DNA of 32,000 nucleotides from Candidatus Paracaedibacteraceae bacterium (GTDB lineage Bacteria; Pseudomonadota; Alphaproteobacteria; Paracaedibacterales; Paracaedibacteraceae): NCBI GenBank assembly GCA_019636055.1, contig JAHBYH010000001.1, positions 446,944 to 478,943 of the forward strand, read 5' to 3'. Shown piece by piece: positions 31,275 to 32,000 of this stretch (position 1 is its first letter; each line of letters starts with the position of its first letter). The notes under the pieces were generated by a model. It saw only the letters and a program-made list of their open reading frames with translations, ran no database searches and was not told where the DNA came from. The position numbers and the translations under genes were made by a program.

Positions 31275-31841
31275 ATGTATAGAAATCTAATTTATTCAGC
31301 ACTATTTTCGGCACTTTTATCAACCTCGTCGTTTGCTGCTATACCTTCAGAACGCGATTCCTTGGATGCATTACAAGCATCACGGTATAGCTGGATGACA
31401 GACGGGCTTGATATGCAAGGTGGAGGAACAACATGGATTGAAATATTGGCTGATCAGGTTATTGATCGCATCGAACAACGCTGGAACATGCAAGGACAAG
31501 TTCGATCAGCCTTTCAAACAGCCTTGAAAGATCCACTCTTTAGATCAGCAGCTGATGAATTGATCCGCCAAACACCAGAAACATTCGTCACAACATTTCA
31601 TTTAATCAATACCCACATGGAAAATCCTGTTGTTGCTAACGCATTCCAAAACTATGGCATATTGTCTGGGGTTATGGAGTTAGCCTTGTCCGTTGAGCAA
31701 GAAAAATTTGGGTATCTGCAGCAAATTTACGGGGGGCCCATTGATGCACGAAGCGCGGTTTTAAAACTTTGGCGAGCAGCTTCCAGTCCTGCTGAAGAGC
31801 GCCTTCGCTACGCTGCTGCTTACCGGTATGGGGTAGATTAG
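31275..31841 (+). CDS. Hypothetical secreted protein (ORFan)
   Basis: The ORF-track ORF starts at 31236. The ATG at 31275 is preceded by GGAGG with a 5-nt spacer and yields a clean signal peptide, MYRNLIYSALFSALLSTSSFA|AIP. The rest looks helical, with no recognised domain. Confidence 0.6.
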   Translation: MYRNLIYSALFSALLSTSSFAAIPSERDSLDALQASRYSWMTDGLDMQGGGTTWIEILADQVIDRIEQRWNMQGQVRSAFQTALKDPLFRSAADELIRQTPETFVTTFHLINTHMENPVVANAFQNYGILSGVMELALSVEQEKFGYLQQIYGGPIDARSAVLKLWRAASSPAEERLRYAAAYRYGVD

Positions 31842-31842
31842 A

Positions 31843-32000
31843 TCATACCCCACTCTCAAATTGCCCGACGATGTCCCGTGTCCAGGTGTGAATAGGCTGG
31901 TTAATCCAATGGTCGAGCAACTCAGGATTAGAAATAAGCTTGAGTTGTTTTAACAAAGCTGCCATAGCAACTTCGGCCGCCTTAAGATTACCATCATCAA
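31843..32000 (-). CDS. C-terminal fragment of an unidentified protein (5' end outside the window)
   Basis: Manual minus-strand translation reads ...DDGNLKAAEVAMAALLKQLKLISNPELLDHWINQPIHTWTRDIVGQFESGV*, an open frame running to the window edge. Function not recognisable. Confidence 0.45.
   Translation of the reverse strand, partial: DDGNLKAAEVAMAALLKQLKLISNPELLDHWINQPIHTWTRDIVGQFESGV

Overview
The window has two parts.

(1) Positions 1 to about 19,590 are a conserved alphaproteobacterial-type transcription/translation core, all on the minus strand. In transcription order it reads: tRNA-Tyr, tRNA-Gly, tuf (copy 2), tRNA-Trp, secE, nusG, rplK, rplA, rplJ, rplL, rpoB, rpoC, rpsL, rpsG, fusA, tuf (copy 1), rpsJ, rplC, and rplD (truncated at the window edge). 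EF-Tu residues such as [24 protein letters not shown], together with this gene order, point to an alphaproteobacterium. The species cannot be determined from the sequence alone. The two tuf copies encode identical proteins and look almost identical at the nucleotide level.

(2) Positions about 19,597 to 32,000 are an accessory-looking region that appears more AT-rich by eye. It contains:
- A tightly coupled three-gene cassette: a heme-oxygenase-like (CADD/PqqC-type) putative diiron enzyme, a 6-TM CqsS/LqsS-like histidine kinase, and a receiver-domain regulator with an uncharacterised output domain.
- A solitary 933-aa Upf1/DNA2-like SF1 helicase with an unknown N-terminal domain of about 300 aa.
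- An orphan T6SS vgrG next to a YwqK/MORN-variant repeat protein, with no recognisable effector.
- A small beta-barrel outer membrane protein.
- A Cys-rich mini-protein.
- cutA.
- Two secreted ORFans.

A palindromic, MITE/RPE-like repeat of about 120 bp occurs twice. Each copy sits immediately 3' of a minus-strand stop codon (rpoC and vgrG).

I saw no CRISPR array, rRNA, transposase or integrase. All calls come from reading the sequence and ORF translations by eye. No database search was run.
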